Assembly: GCA_959027945.1 (NCBI GenBank)
Contig: CAUFRO010000001.1
Span: forward strand, 15,260-79,259
Source of the DNA: an uncultured Collinsella sp.
GTDB taxonomy: Bacteria > Actinomycetota > Coriobacteriia > Coriobacteriales > Coriobacteriaceae
DNA: 64,000 nucleotides
Direction of reading: 5' to 3'
Shown piece after piece: positions 10,170-19,665 of this stretch (within the stretch, counting starts at the first letter, position 1; every line of letters starts with the position of its first letter). Position numbers and translations under genes: made by a program. The notes under the pieces were generated by a model that was not told the origin of the DNA, did no database searches, and was given only the letters and a program-made list of their open reading frames with translations.

Positions 10170-10954
10170 TCAAGATTAAGTCTGCAACGCAAATCGAGCA
10201 GATGAAGAAGGCAGGAGCGCTATCTAAGATGGCGCTCCGCCACGTTGGGGCCATGGTTCGTCCCGGCGTTTCGACCTTTGAGCTCGATCAGCTCGCGGAG
10301 CAGATTATCCGCATGCATGGCGGCACCCCGGCCTTTAAGGGTTACGGCGGGTTCCCCGGAACCATTTGCGCATCGATCAACGATGCCGTTGTCCACGGTA
10401 TTCCCAACCCCGACATGATCCTGCGCGATGGCGATATCATTTCCATCGATACGGGAGCCGTTGTCGACGGTTGGGTCGGCGATAACGCTTGGACGTTTTT
10501 TGTCGGCACACCCACGCCCGAGGCCAAGGCCCTGTGCGAGGTTACGCGCGATTGCCTTAAGGCTGCCATCGAGCAGGCTGTTCCCGGTAACCATATCGGG
10601 GACGTCGGTTATGCCGTTCAGTCCCTCGCTGAGTCTCACGGTTACGGCGTGCTTCGCGACTATGTGGGCCATGGCATTGGCCGCGTGATGCACGAGGACC
10701 CCAACGTTCCTAACTATGGAAAGAAGGGGAGGGGCGTTCGCCTCCAGGCCGGCATGGTCATTGCCATCGAGCCGATGGTTACGATGGGTTCCAACCATGT
10801 GAGCACGGGCTCCGACGGTTGGATTGTTACGACCAACGACCACCTGCCCGCCGCGCACTACGAGAACACCGTCGCCATTACCAATGACGGTCCGGTGATT
10901 ATCACCACCGACGCGCAAGGTGCTTGGTGTTCGCTCCAAGGCGGAGAAATGTAA
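10166..10954 (+). CDS. map: Methionine aminopeptidase type I
   Basis: SINDAVVHGIP, GHGIGRVMHEDP, AIEPM, AHYENT. Confidence 0.97.
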   Translation: MIKIKSATQIEQMKKAGALSKMALRHVGAMVRPGVSTFELDQLAEQIIRMHGGTPAFKGYGGFPGTICASINDAVVHGIPNPDMILRDGDIISIDTGAVVDGWVGDNAWTFFVGTPTPEAKALCEVTRDCLKAAIEQAVPGNHIGDVGYAVQSLAESHGYGVLRDYVGHGIGRVMHEDPNVPNYGKKGRGVRLQAGMVIAIEPMVTMGSNHVSTGSDGWIVTTNDHLPAAHYENTVAITNDGPVIITTDAQGAWCSLQGGEM

Positions 10955-11058
10955 CAAGTTCCATTTAGTTGTGGAGCCATTACGAAGTTATTACGATGCG
11001 TGCATACGTGTTGTAGAATACTCAATCGCTGTCGTTTTCTAGAGAAAGATGATTGCTT

Positions 11059-11277
11059 GTGAAGAAGGAAGACGCAATTGAGCTCGAGGGTACGGTAAAG
11101 GAACCGCTGCCCAACGCCATGTTTAAGGTCGAGCTCGAGAACGGTCATTCGGTTCTGTGCAACATTTCTGGCAAGATCCGAATGAATTACATCCGTATTC
11201 TCCCCGGTGACAGGGTTGTCGTGGAGCTTTCCCCGTACGACCTGACCCGCGGCCGCATCACCTATCGCTACAAATAG
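11059..11277 (+). CDS. infA: Translation initiation factor IF-1
   Basis: [43 protein letters not shown] start. Confidence 0.98.
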   Translation: MKKEDAIELEGTVKEPLPNAMFKVELENGHSVLCNISGKIRMNYIRILPGDRVVVELSPYDLTRGRITYRYK

Positions 11278-11427
11278 CGGCACGCATACACGCACTCCAT
11301 TTCCGACTGCAGGCTTAGCTCAACCTACGGTCGGATTGTGTGTGAAGACCAGCCATAGTTTTAAACGCCTGCGGCTGGGCGAGTAGATAGTAGGGAAGTA
11401 GTTTGAGCGCTACCGAAAGGAAGAACG

Positions 11428-11541
11428 ATGAAGGTACGTCCTTCGGTCAAGAAGATGTGCGATAAGTGCAAAATCATTAGGCGCCATGGCAAGGTCCTCG
11501 TTATTTGCGAGAACCCCCGTCATAAGCAGCGTCAGGGTTAA
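11428..11541 (+). CDS. rpmJ: 50S ribosomal protein L36 (too short for the ORF track)
   Basis: Read by hand: [37 protein letters not shown]. Confidence 0.98.
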   Translation: MKVRPSVKKMCDKCKIIRRHGKVLVICENPRHKQRQG

Positions 11542-11555
11542 GAGAGGAGACTACG

Positions 11556-11930
11556 TTGGCCCGTATTAATGGTGTCGACCTCCCGCGTGAGAAGCGCGTT
11601 GAGATCGGTCTGACCTACATTTACGGCATCGGCCGCACCACTGCGACGAAGATCTGCGTCGAGTGCAACGTTAACGTGGATACGCGCGTTAAGGACCTCA
11701 CCGAGGATGAGGTTAACGCCATCCGCGATTATATCGATAAGAACCAGATCATGGTTGAGGGCGACCTCCGCCGTGAGCGCAACCAGAACGTCAAGCGCCT
11801 TATGGACATCGGCTGCAACCGCGGCCTTCGTCACCGCAAGGGCCTCCCGGTCCGCGGCCAGCGCACCCACACTAACGCTCGTACCCGCAAGGGCCCGAAG
11901 CGTCAGATCGGTGCTAAGAAGAAGAAATAA
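11556..11930 (+). CDS. rpsM: 30S ribosomal protein S13
   Basis: [34 protein letters not shown] start. Confidence 0.99.
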   Translation: MARINGVDLPREKRVEIGLTYIYGIGRTTATKICVECNVNVDTRVKDLTEDEVNAIRDYIDKNQIMVEGDLRRERNQNVKRLMDIGCNRGLRHRKGLPVRGQRTHTNARTRKGPKRQIGAKKKK

Positions 11931-11944
11931 GGAGCGCTAGATAG

Positions 11945-12349
11945 ATGGCTACTGCTAAGAAGAACGTTCGCGCTGCCCGTCTGAAGCGCGCGGACCGTAA
12001 GAACATTTCCGTGGGCCAGGCTCACATTCGTTCTACGTTCAACAACACGATCGTTTCGATCACCGATCCCCAGGGCAACGTCATTTCCTGGAAGTCGGCT
12101 GGCCAGGTGGGCTTCAAGGGCTCCCGTAAGTCCACGCCGTTCGCTGCCCAGATGGCTGCCGAGGCTGCTGCCAAGCAGGCCATGGAGCACGGTATGAAGA
12201 AGGTTTCCGTCTTCGTCAAGGGCCCCGGCTCCGGTCGTGAGACCGCCATCCGCTCCCTCCAGGCTGCTGGCCTCGAGGTCTCGAGCATCCAGGACAAGAC
12301 CCCCATCCCGCACAACGGCTGCCGCCCCAAGAAGCGTCGCCGCGTGTAA
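11945..12349 (+). CDS. rpsK: 30S ribosomal protein S11
   Basis: [27 protein letters not shown]. Confidence 0.99.
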   Translation: MATAKKNVRAARLKRADRKNISVGQAHIRSTFNNTIVSITDPQGNVISWKSAGQVGFKGSRKSTPFAAQMAAEAAAKQAMEHGMKKVSVFVKGPGSGRETAIRSLQAAGLEVSSIQDKTPIPHNGCRPKKRRRV

Positions 12350-12368
12350 CTGAAAGGATCGTATCAAT

Positions 12369-12965
12369 ATGGCAATCGACAGGACTCCTGTTCTTAAGCG
12401 CTGCCGTCAGCTCGGGATCGATCCCGCTGAGCTCGGTTACAGCAGCAAGAAGGAATCTATCCGTCAGCCCAAGCGCCGTCGCAAGGAATCTGAGTACGGC
12501 ATGCAGCTGCGCGAGAAGCAGAAGGTCAAGTTCATCTATGGCGTTCTGGAGAAGCAGTTCCACGGCTACTTCAACAAGGCACGCAAGATGAACGGCGTCA
12601 CCGGTGAGAACCTCATGATCATCCTTGAGTCTCGCCTCGACAACGTCGTCTTCCGTCTTGGCTTCGCCCGCACCCGCAAAGAGGCTCGTCAGTCCGTCCG
12701 TCACGGTCACTTCACCGTGAACGGCAAGCGCGTGGACATCCCGTCCTACCGCGTCAAGGCCGGCGACGTCGTCGCTGTCGGCGAGAAGTTCCGTGACCTC
12801 CTCCCCATCAAGGAGGCCCTGATTTCCTCCGAGCGCTTTGAGGTCCCTGGCTGGCTCGAGGTCGATATCGAGAAGCTCTCTGGTAACGTGCTCGCTCTGC
12901 CGACGCGTGAGCAGATCAGCGGTGATATCAACGAGCAGCTCATCGTCGAGCTCTACTCTAAGTAG
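12369..12965 (+). CDS. rpsD: 30S ribosomal protein S4
   Basis: SEYGMQLREKQK, LESRLDNVV, LIVELYSK. Confidence 0.99.
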   Translation: MAIDRTPVLKRCRQLGIDPAELGYSSKKESIRQPKRRRKESEYGMQLREKQKVKFIYGVLEKQFHGYFNKARKMNGVTGENLMIILESRLDNVVFRLGFARTRKEARQSVRHGHFTVNGKRVDIPSYRVKAGDVVAVGEKFRDLLPIKEALISSERFEVPGWLEVDIEKLSGNVLALPTREQISGDINEQLIVELYSK

Positions 12966-12997
12966 TCCATCCGGGCTGCTGAGGCTGGAGGTAATAC

Positions 12998-13939
12998 ATG
13001 TCAGAATTCATTAGGCCTCAGGTTCAGGTCGAAGAGATCAACGAGACGTCTGCTCGTGTCTCCGTCGAGCCGCTCGAGCGTGGTTACGGCGATACGCTGG
13101 GTAACTCCCTTCGTCGCGTTCTTCTGTCCTCGCTCGAGGGTGCCGCCGTCGAGGCTATTCAGATCGATGGTGCGCAGCACGAGTTCATGACCATCCCTAA
13201 CATGGTCGAGGATGTCACCGACATCGTCCTGAATGTCAAGGGTCTTGTCTTCAGGGCTCTCGGCACGACCGACGAGGCGACCGCCACCATCTCGGTTGAC
13301 GGCCCCTGCGAGGTCACCGGTGCGGACTTCTTTATTCCGTCCGAGTTTGAGCTGGTCAACCCCGAGCAGCACATCGCTACGCTCACCGAGGGTGGCCATC
13401 TCACCATGAGCATGCGCATCGGCTATGGCCGCGGCTATGTTTCTGGCGAGGCCAACAAGCGTGACAACGATCCCATCGGTGTGATCCACGTCGACTCGCT
13501 GTACTCGCCGGTTTCCCGTTGCGCCAAGCTCGTTGAGGCTTGCCGTGTCGGTCAGCACACCGACTACGACCGCCTTGTCCTCGAGATCGAGACCAACGGC
13601 TCCATCGCCCCGCGCGACGCCGTGGTCCAGGCTGCCAATATCATCAACCAGCATATGGCCGCCTTTATGAACCTTGCCGAGACCCCCGAGGTCGAGGAGG
13701 AGGCTTCGATCTTCGCTCCCGAGGTTACCAACGACAACGCCGAGCTGGACAAGCAGATCGAGGATCTGGACCTTTCCGTCCGTTCCTACAACTGCCTTAA
13801 GCGCGCCAGCATTCACTCGGTCCGTCAGCTCGTTGAGTTCTCGGAGAACGATCTGCTCAACATCCGTAACTTCGGTGTTAAGTCGATCGAGGAAGTGAAG
13901 GACAAGCTTGAGTCCATGGGCCTGAGCCTGAAGGCTTAA
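12998..13939 (+). CDS. rpoA: RNA polymerase subunit alpha
   Basis: EPLERGYGDTLGNSLRRVLLSS, LSVRSYNCLKRA. Confidence 0.99.
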   Translation: MSEFIRPQVQVEEINETSARVSVEPLERGYGDTLGNSLRRVLLSSLEGAAVEAIQIDGAQHEFMTIPNMVEDVTDIVLNVKGLVFRALGTTDEATATISVDGPCEVTGADFFIPSEFELVNPEQHIATLTEGGHLTMSMRIGYGRGYVSGEANKRDNDPIGVIHVDSLYSPVSRCAKLVEACRVGQHTDYDRLVLEIETNGSIAPRDAVVQAANIINQHMAAFMNLAETPEVEEEASIFAPEVTNDNAELDKQIEDLDLSVRSYNCLKRASIHSVRQLVEFSENDLLNIRNFGVKSIEEVKDKLESMGLSLKA

Positions 13940-13969
13940 TGCTTCGCATATTTGAGGAGAAACTAGACC

Positions 13970-14437
13970 ATGCGTCACAACGTTAAGAAGGGCCTGAAGC
14001 TCGGCACCGATGCGAGCCACACCAAGGCCATGAAGAAGAGCCTTGCTAAGGCCCTCTTCGAGAACGACCGCATCAAGACCACCGAGACCCGCGCTAAGGC
14101 GCTGCGTTCGGTCGTCGACCCGATCATCACTTGGGCCAAGAAGGGCGACCTGCACTCTCGTCGTCTGGCTATCGCCAAGCTCGGCGATAAGCAGCTCGTT
14201 GCCGAGATTTTCGACAAGGCTGCTCAGGGTATGTGGCAGGACCGCAACGGCGGTTACACCCGCATCATGAAGCTCGGCAACCGTAAGGGCGACAACGCTC
14301 CCATCGTTATCATGGAGCTCGTCACCGAGCCTTGCACGCCTAAGGCCAAGAAGGCTGCTCCGGCCCCCAAGAAGGCCGCTGCTCCCAAGAAGGTCGAGGC
14401 TGTCGAGGAGACTGCTGCCGAGGAGAGCGCTGAGTAG
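13970..14437 (+). CDS. rplQ: 50S ribosomal protein L17 with K/A/E-rich tail
   Basis: IKTTETRAK, RNGGYTRI, RKGDNAP. Confidence 0.98.
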   Translation: MRHNVKKGLKLGTDASHTKAMKKSLAKALFENDRIKTTETRAKALRSVVDPIITWAKKGDLHSRRLAIAKLGDKQLVAEIFDKAAQGMWQDRNGGYTRIMKLGNRKGDNAPIVIMELVTEPCTPKAKKAAPAPKKAAAPKKVEAVEETAAEESAE

Positions 14438-14463
14438 ACATTCCGTCTGCATAGGCTATATTC

Positions 14464-14494
14464 GAGGGGTACGTTCGCGTACCCCTCTTTTTTT
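14464..14494 (+). terminator. Rho-independent terminator of the alpha operon
   Basis: GAGGGGTACG-TTCG-CGTACCCCTC followed by a T run. Confidence 0.85.
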
Positions 14495-14529
14495 GTCGCG
14501 ATACCGTTGCTTGTTTGTTGGGAGCGCCC

Positions 14530-15354
14530 ATGACTGCGCCGTCTGATTTCAATTCGATTTCCGAGCTTGACGCCACACTCGTATTTCGCGTGGCCTATGA
14601 TGGCTCGTCGTATAGCGGATTTGCCGAGCAGCCGGGACAGACGACGGCTGCGGGTGAGCTACGTCGAGCCATTGAGACGCTGCTTCGCCGCCCGATCGAT
14701 CTGACGTGTGCGGGGCGTACCGATGCCGGCGTGCATGCCGTGGCTCAGTATATCAGCGTGCCCGTAACGGACGCTGAGCTCGCTTGTACGCGCCGTAGGT
14801 GGCTGCGGGCTATGGATGCCCTGCTGCCCAAAGATATCGCCATAAACGAGGTCTACAAGGCCCGTAAAGGCTTTTCTGCGCGTTTTGACGCGCATTCCCG
14901 TACGTATACATACCGTATTGCCGATCGCGATGCGCGCCCCGTGCTGTCCCGCGGCGCCGTGTGGTGGCATCGCTATCCCTTGGATGTTGAGGCTATGTCT
15001 GCTGCCTGCCCCGCGCTGCTGGGCGAGCAGGACTTTAAAAGCTTTTGCAAGGTTGCCTCGGCCGTTGGCAAGCCCACGCATCGCTGCGTGATGCGTGCCG
15101 AATTTGGCCATGAGGTTGCGTTTGGCGAGGACATCCTGACGTTTACCATCGAGGGCAATGCGTTTCTGCATTCGATGGTCCGTACGATCGTGGGCACGCT
15201 TGTCGAGATTGGCATGCATCGCCGTGAACCCGAGTGGATGCGCGAGGTTATCGATGCTTGCGACCGTACCGCTGCGGGCCCCACGGCTCCTGCCTGCGGC
15301 CTTACGTTTATGGGCGTGGATTACGATCCCGCCGAGCTTGTCGTGCTCGACTAG
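14530..15354 (+). CDS. truA: tRNA pseudouridine(38-40) synthase TruA
   Basis: AYDGS, AGRTDAGVHA, FSARF, FLHSMVR, GPTAPACGL. Confidence 0.96.
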   Translation: MTAPSDFNSISELDATLVFRVAYDGSSYSGFAEQPGQTTAAGELRRAIETLLRRPIDLTCAGRTDAGVHAVAQYISVPVTDAELACTRRRWLRAMDALLPKDIAINEVYKARKGFSARFDAHSRTYTYRIADRDARPVLSRGAVWWHRYPLDVEAMSAACPALLGEQDFKSFCKVASAVGKPTHRCVMRAEFGHEVAFGEDILTFTIEGNAFLHSMVRTIVGTLVEIGMHRREPEWMREVIDACDRTAAGPTAPACGLTFMGVDYDPAELVVLD

Positions 15355-15515
15355 GGGAGGGCTCGACGTGTCGTGCGTCGACACCTGTCATCTGTGGGCT
15401 GCGCGTGTGCAACATCTGTTCTTGGCGTGCAGTGCAACCGGTGTCTCATTGCTTTTATTGCCGGGGTGTACCATGAACCACGTTTTGATTCATTGCTGTC
15501 GAGAGGACGGATAAT

Positions 15516-16556
15516 TTGGTTCGACGTGGCTCGCATCCGCGACTTTCGGTGATCCTTGTGGTAGAAGGTTCGCCCAGCTATGCGATGCGTGCGCTCGAGA
15601 GTATCCAGAACCAAGACCTCTACGATTTGCAGATTGTCGTTGTCTGTCGCGATACTGCGCCCGGTGTGCGCCATTCGCTTCAAGTTGCTGCCGACAGGGA
15701 CATCCATATTGATTTGATTGACGTCGAGGACGCGACGCGCGGCGCGTGGCTTCGTGCCGGTTTTGCTGCCTCGCGCGGCTCTCAAATCATCGCCATGAAC
15801 GCCGATGAGTGGTTTGCTCCGCAATCCCTTTCCAAGATGGTCGATATCGCGTGCGATACTGCGGCAGACATAGTGTTCCCCACGGTGTCGCTCGACCGCT
15901 ATGATGCACATCGAGAGCGCCATTCGCGCGTCTTGGATGCTACTCATATTTCCATTGATAGCAAATCTTCGATGGTGGCCGGGTTGCCTCAGTTGATTTT
16001 GGGCGGCTTGGTTGCTCAAGTCTCTGGCGTGATGTATAGCCGTCCGCTGTTTGAGGCATGCCTCTTGTGCGACAAGGCGTTTCGCACAGTTGGGTTTATG
16101 GCATGCGCGCTCTCGCAGGCGCAGCGCGTCTCCGGATGCGGCGACGCTTGTTTCCACGCGGCGGCACCTAAGCTTACAGATGCCTTTGATCCCACCATGT
16201 ATGCCAAGGTATCCGATGACACCCGGGCGCTCGACGAGCTTACGGACTCACTCTCGGAAGCAGATAGCGGTGGTCGGCTCAAGCTGGCAAGCCAAAAGTT
16301 CTACTTTGCCGGACTGGTCGCCTGCATCGAGAATTTGTGTCTGAGCCCGCATGGGGTGTCGTCAATCGAGCGTTCCGCCCGCATGCGTGATATGCTCGAG
16401 GCGCCTCGAACCCGTCAGATGGTCGCCGCGCTCAAGGACAACCATCGGGGACTCGGTCTGTTGTTTGGGCCGATCGCCAGCGCTAAGCCCGCGCGCTGCG
16501 TGATGTGTACGCATCTGGCAGCTTTTCTTAATCGGACGGGCGCAAAACCCGCCTAA
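15516..16556 (+). CDS. Degenerate glycosyltransferase family 2 (GT-A)-like protein
   Basis: PRLSVIL...ALESIQNQ...LQIVVV N-terminus; the DxD position reads MNADEW. Confidence 0.55.
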   Translation: MVRRGSHPRLSVILVVEGSPSYAMRALESIQNQDLYDLQIVVVCRDTAPGVRHSLQVAADRDIHIDLIDVEDATRGAWLRAGFAASRGSQIIAMNADEWFAPQSLSKMVDIACDTAADIVFPTVSLDRYDAHRERHSRVLDATHISIDSKSSMVAGLPQLILGGLVAQVSGVMYSRPLFEACLLCDKAFRTVGFMACALSQAQRVSGCGDACFHAAAPKLTDAFDPTMYAKVSDDTRALDELTDSLSEADSGGRLKLASQKFYFAGLVACIENLCLSPHGVSSIERSARMRDMLEAPRTRQMVAALKDNHRGLGLLFGPIASAKPARCVMCTHLAAFLNRTGAKPA

Positions 16557-16578
16557 ACGGCTCATTACGAAACAAACT

Positions 16579-16612
16579 TGCATAGAATTGTTTCGAAATG
16601 CGTTCTTATACA
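16579..16612. promoter_or_regulatory. Possible tandem ARG boxes (argR autoregulation)
   Basis: TGCAT-N4-TTGTT (16579) and TGCGT-N4-ATACA (16599), 20 bp apart in the AT-rich argR upstream region; imperfect matches. Confidence 0.35.
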
Positions 16613-16688
16613 CAAAAGCCTTCAAATAGCGTTAAACTATTCAATCACTGATTGATTGTCTCCGCCATCTTTTGGAGAGAGGGTTTGT

Positions 16689-17126
16689 ATGGCTAAAAAA
16701 CGCAATGGGCGCCAGGATGCCATTAGAGATATTGTGCGCAATAAGGATGTCCGCACGCAGCGCGTGCTGGTCGATGAGCTCCGTGCTATGGGCTTTGATT
16801 GCACGCAGGCGACTGTCTCTCGCGATATTGCCGATATGGGGCTGCGTAAGCTCCCTGAGGGCATCTATGTTCTGGCAGAGGACCTGCACCTGCAGCGTAT
16901 GGTTTCCGAGCTCGTAACGGGCGTTCTGCGTACCGATAATCTGGTTATGATCAAGGCTCAGCCTGGCACGGCTTCCGGCATCGCCGCCGCCGTTGATGCG
17001 GCAGAGTTGCCCGATGTGCTTGGCTCGCTTGCCGGCAACGATACGATTTTGGTTATTGCCCAGACGGCCGAGGACGGCGAGCGTCTCGAGGCGCTGATCA
17101 ATAAGCTGAGCAATTCTCGCAAGTAG
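16689..17126 (+). CDS. argR: Arginine repressor
   Basis: TQATVSRDI HTH and GSLAGNDTILVI arginine-binding motif. Confidence 0.95.
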   Translation: MAKKRNGRQDAIRDIVRNKDVRTQRVLVDELRAMGFDCTQATVSRDIADMGLRKLPEGIYVLAEDLHLQRMVSELVTGVLRTDNLVMIKAQPGTASGIAAAVDAAELPDVLGSLAGNDTILVIAQTAEDGERLEALINKLSNSRK

Positions 17127-17175
17127 GCGTGCGGGTCGTGCGCTCGGCATTGTGTGCGCTGACATAGTGGCTTGT

Positions 17176-17290
17176 AAGGGGCATCGACGTTGGTCGGTAC
17201 CCCTTTTTGTTTGCCGGTATAAAGACCGCCCGCCAGGTCGCTTCAAACTAAAAGGCCCCGAGCAGTTCAATAAGCTGCTCGGGGCCTTGT
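17176..17290. terminator. Two terminator hairpins between convergent argR and PBP genes
   Basis: AAGGGG...CCCCTTTTT (17176-17208) and AAGGCCCCGAGCAG...CTGCTCGGGGCCTT (about 17251-17290). Confidence 0.7.
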
Positions 17291-17310
17291 TGGCTTTAGT
17301 CGCGTACTTC

Positions 17311-19503
17311 TTAGCCGACCGTATCGTCAGGCGTGGGCGAGGGGTCGGGAGTGGGCGTAGGCGTAGGCGTGCCGCCATCGCCACCGGTCGAACCACCAGT
17401 GGAGCCGCCCGTCGAGCCACCGGTCGTACCGGTGCCGCCGGTGGTGTCGCCGCCCGTGGTCTCGGTGGTCGTGGTCGTCGTGGTAGTCGTTGTGGTGGTT
17501 TCCTCTTCGTCCTCGTTTTCGTCCTTGTCGTCGTTCTCCGTCTTCTTGGTGTTGTTGGTGCCGTAGAACTTCCAGACGCTGTTGTTCTTGTAGGTGGGCG
17601 CCGTTCCGGTCGCAAACTCCTCGCGCTCGGTACCGGTCAGAACGGTGTTCATAAATCGCTTAAAGACAGGCAGGTTGGTGCTGTCGCCCAGCAGGTCCGT
17701 GCCGTATTTTTGGATGGGGATCTCGCCCGCGGAATAGCCGGTCCACAGGGCGCACGCCAGCTGCGGGGTATAGCCGCAGAACCACAGGTTAGTGGTGTTG
17801 TCGGTGGTGCCCGTCTTGCCGGCATAGGGCTGGTTGACGCTCAGGGCACCGGCAGCACCCGTACCGCCGCCCTGCATGACGCCGGACAGAACATCGGTGA
17901 CCGCGGCGGCCTCGCCCTCGGTAAGCACCTGTGAGGGATTGTCCGTGTGCTGGTACAGCACCGAACCGGTACGAGAGTCAATCTCGGTGATGGCGATCGG
18001 CTGGCGATAGTAGCCGCCGTTGGCAAACGTCGCGTAGGCGGCGGCCATCTCGAGCGGCGAGATCGAGCCGGTGCCGAGCGTCATGACGGGAACGTCCTCG
18101 ATGTTGTCCTTGGCGGGATCGATGCCGAGCTTTTTGACGAGTGAGATGATCTTGCTGTTGCCGACGGCTTCCGCCACCTGGATGTAGCCGGTGTTGGAGG
18201 AGTATGCCGTTGCCTGCTTAAGCGTGATGTTGCCATAGCTATGGCTGTCGTAGTTTTGGACCTCGGTCGTGGTGCCCTTAGCCTTGAGCGGCGAATTGCA
18301 GTTGAGGGTGACGTTGGGGTTCATGCCGTTTTGGATGGCGGTTGCCAGCGTAAAGGCCTTAAAGGTGGAGCCGACGGGACGCTTGGCCGTGGCATGGTTT
18401 ACGTGGTTCTCGTCGGCGTTGTAGTCGTAGCCGCCCACCATGCACTTGATGTAGCCGGTCTTGGGGTCGACGACGACCATGCCCATATCCAGGCCGTCGA
18501 GTGAGAGCGTGTCGAGCTGCTGGCGGACGGCATTCTCTGCCACCTGCTGCATCGTGGGGTCGATGGTGGTCTTGACGGTCAGACCGCCCTTAAAGAGCAC
18601 GTCGGTCGAGAACTCCTGCTCCAGCAGCTGCTTAACATAGGCGACAAAGTAGGGCTGCGAGTATACGTCGACGCCGCTGCCCGAAATCTCGGTCACGTTG
18701 AGGGTGATGGGCTCGGCCTGTGCGGCATCGTGCTCCTCCTGCGTAATGTGGCCCAGGCGCAGCATGTTGTCGAGGACCTTGTTGCGGCGAGACAGTGCCA
18801 GATCGGGATTGACCGTGGGGTCGTACTGCGAAGGCGAGTTGGGAAGGCCGATCAACAGTGCGGCTTCGCTCAGGGTGAGGTCGGCGGCGCTCTTGGACAG
18901 GTAGGTCTCGGCTGCGGCCTCGATGCCGTAGGCGCCGTGGCCGTAATAGATGGTGTTGAGGTACATCATGAGGATCTCGTCTTTGGAGTACATGTCCTCC
19001 ATCTTTACGGCGATGTAGGCCTCGCGCACCTTACGCTCGATGGTCGAGTCGAACTGCTCCTCCTGCAGGATGGTGTTGCGCACCAGCTGCTGGGTGATAG
19101 TCGAGGCGCCTTCGTGCCCGCCGCCGAGGGTTGCCACCGCAGCACGCGCGATACCCCACAGGTCGATACCGCCGTGCTCGTAGAAGCGCTCGTCCTCGAC
19201 GTCAACGGTGCCCTGCAGCACGTAGGGGGAGACCTCGTCCTTGGTGATGGACTTGCGGTTTTGCGTGTAGAAGCTTGCGATCTTGTTGCCGTTGCAGTCG
19301 ACGATCTCGGTGGGCTCGCTCACCAGATACGCGTTGGCGTCGGTGTAGTCGGGCAGATCGGACAGCCAGCGGTTGACGTTGCCGACCATGCCGATGCCAA
19401 ATGCCACGCCCGCAATCAGCAGAAAGCCCAAAAACGAGAGCAGGATTATGGGCAGGGCATGCGTCTTTGAACGGCTGCGTCCCTGTCGTTGGCGAGGACC
19501 CAT
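17311..19503 (-). CDS. Class A penicillin-binding protein (transglycosylase-transpeptidase) with T/G/P-rich C-terminal tail
   Basis: EDERFYEH, GASTITQQL, RKVRE, YLNTIYYG; STFK, SSN, KTGT motifs; ATG after GGAGG. Confidence 0.95.
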   Translation of the reverse strand: MGPRQRQGRSRSKTHALPIILLSFLGFLLIAGVAFGIGMVGNVNRWLSDLPDYTDANAYLVSEPTEIVDCNGNKIASFYTQNRKSITKDEVSPYVLQGTVDVEDERFYEHGGIDLWGIARAAVATLGGGHEGASTITQQLVRNTILQEEQFDSTIERKVREAYIAVKMEDMYSKDEILMMYLNTIYYGHGAYGIEAAAETYLSKSAADLTLSEAALLIGLPNSPSQYDPTVNPDLALSRRNKVLDNMLRLGHITQEEHDAAQAEPITLNVTEISGSGVDVYSQPYFVAYVKQLLEQEFSTDVLFKGGLTVKTTIDPTMQQVAENAVRQQLDTLSLDGLDMGMVVVDPKTGYIKCMVGGYDYNADENHVNHATAKRPVGSTFKAFTLATAIQNGMNPNVTLNCNSPLKAKGTTTEVQNYDSHSYGNITLKQATAYSSNTGYIQVAEAVGNSKIISLVKKLGIDPAKDNIEDVPVMTLGTGSISPLEMAAAYATFANGGYYRQPIAITEIDSRTGSVLYQHTDNPSQVLTEGEAAAVTDVLSGVMQGGGTGAAGALSVNQPYAGKTGTTDNTTNLWFCGYTPQLACALWTGYSAGEIPIQKYGTDLLGDSTNLPVFKRFMNTVLTGTEREEFATGTAPTYKNNSVWKFYGTNNTKKTENDDKDENEDEEETTTTTTTTTTTTETTGGDTTGGTGTTGGSTGGSTGGSTGGDGGTPTPTPTPDPSPTPDDTVG

Positions 19504-19665
19504 ATATTGACCTCCAGGTATGTCGTGCCGGACGGTGGATGTGCCGTCGGGGCAGGATGGACATAAGTTATTACACGATAAACCAAACGGGGCGCGCGAT
19601 GCCTCGTGTATGCTGGAAGACGGCATTTTTCAGAGTGAATGCATACCTTGGTAAGGAGTTTGTCG

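Noticed and set aside
17311..17560. Thr/Gly/Pro repeats as a phase-variable tract
   Set aside because: In-frame, codon-degenerate low-complexity tail typical of class A PBPs
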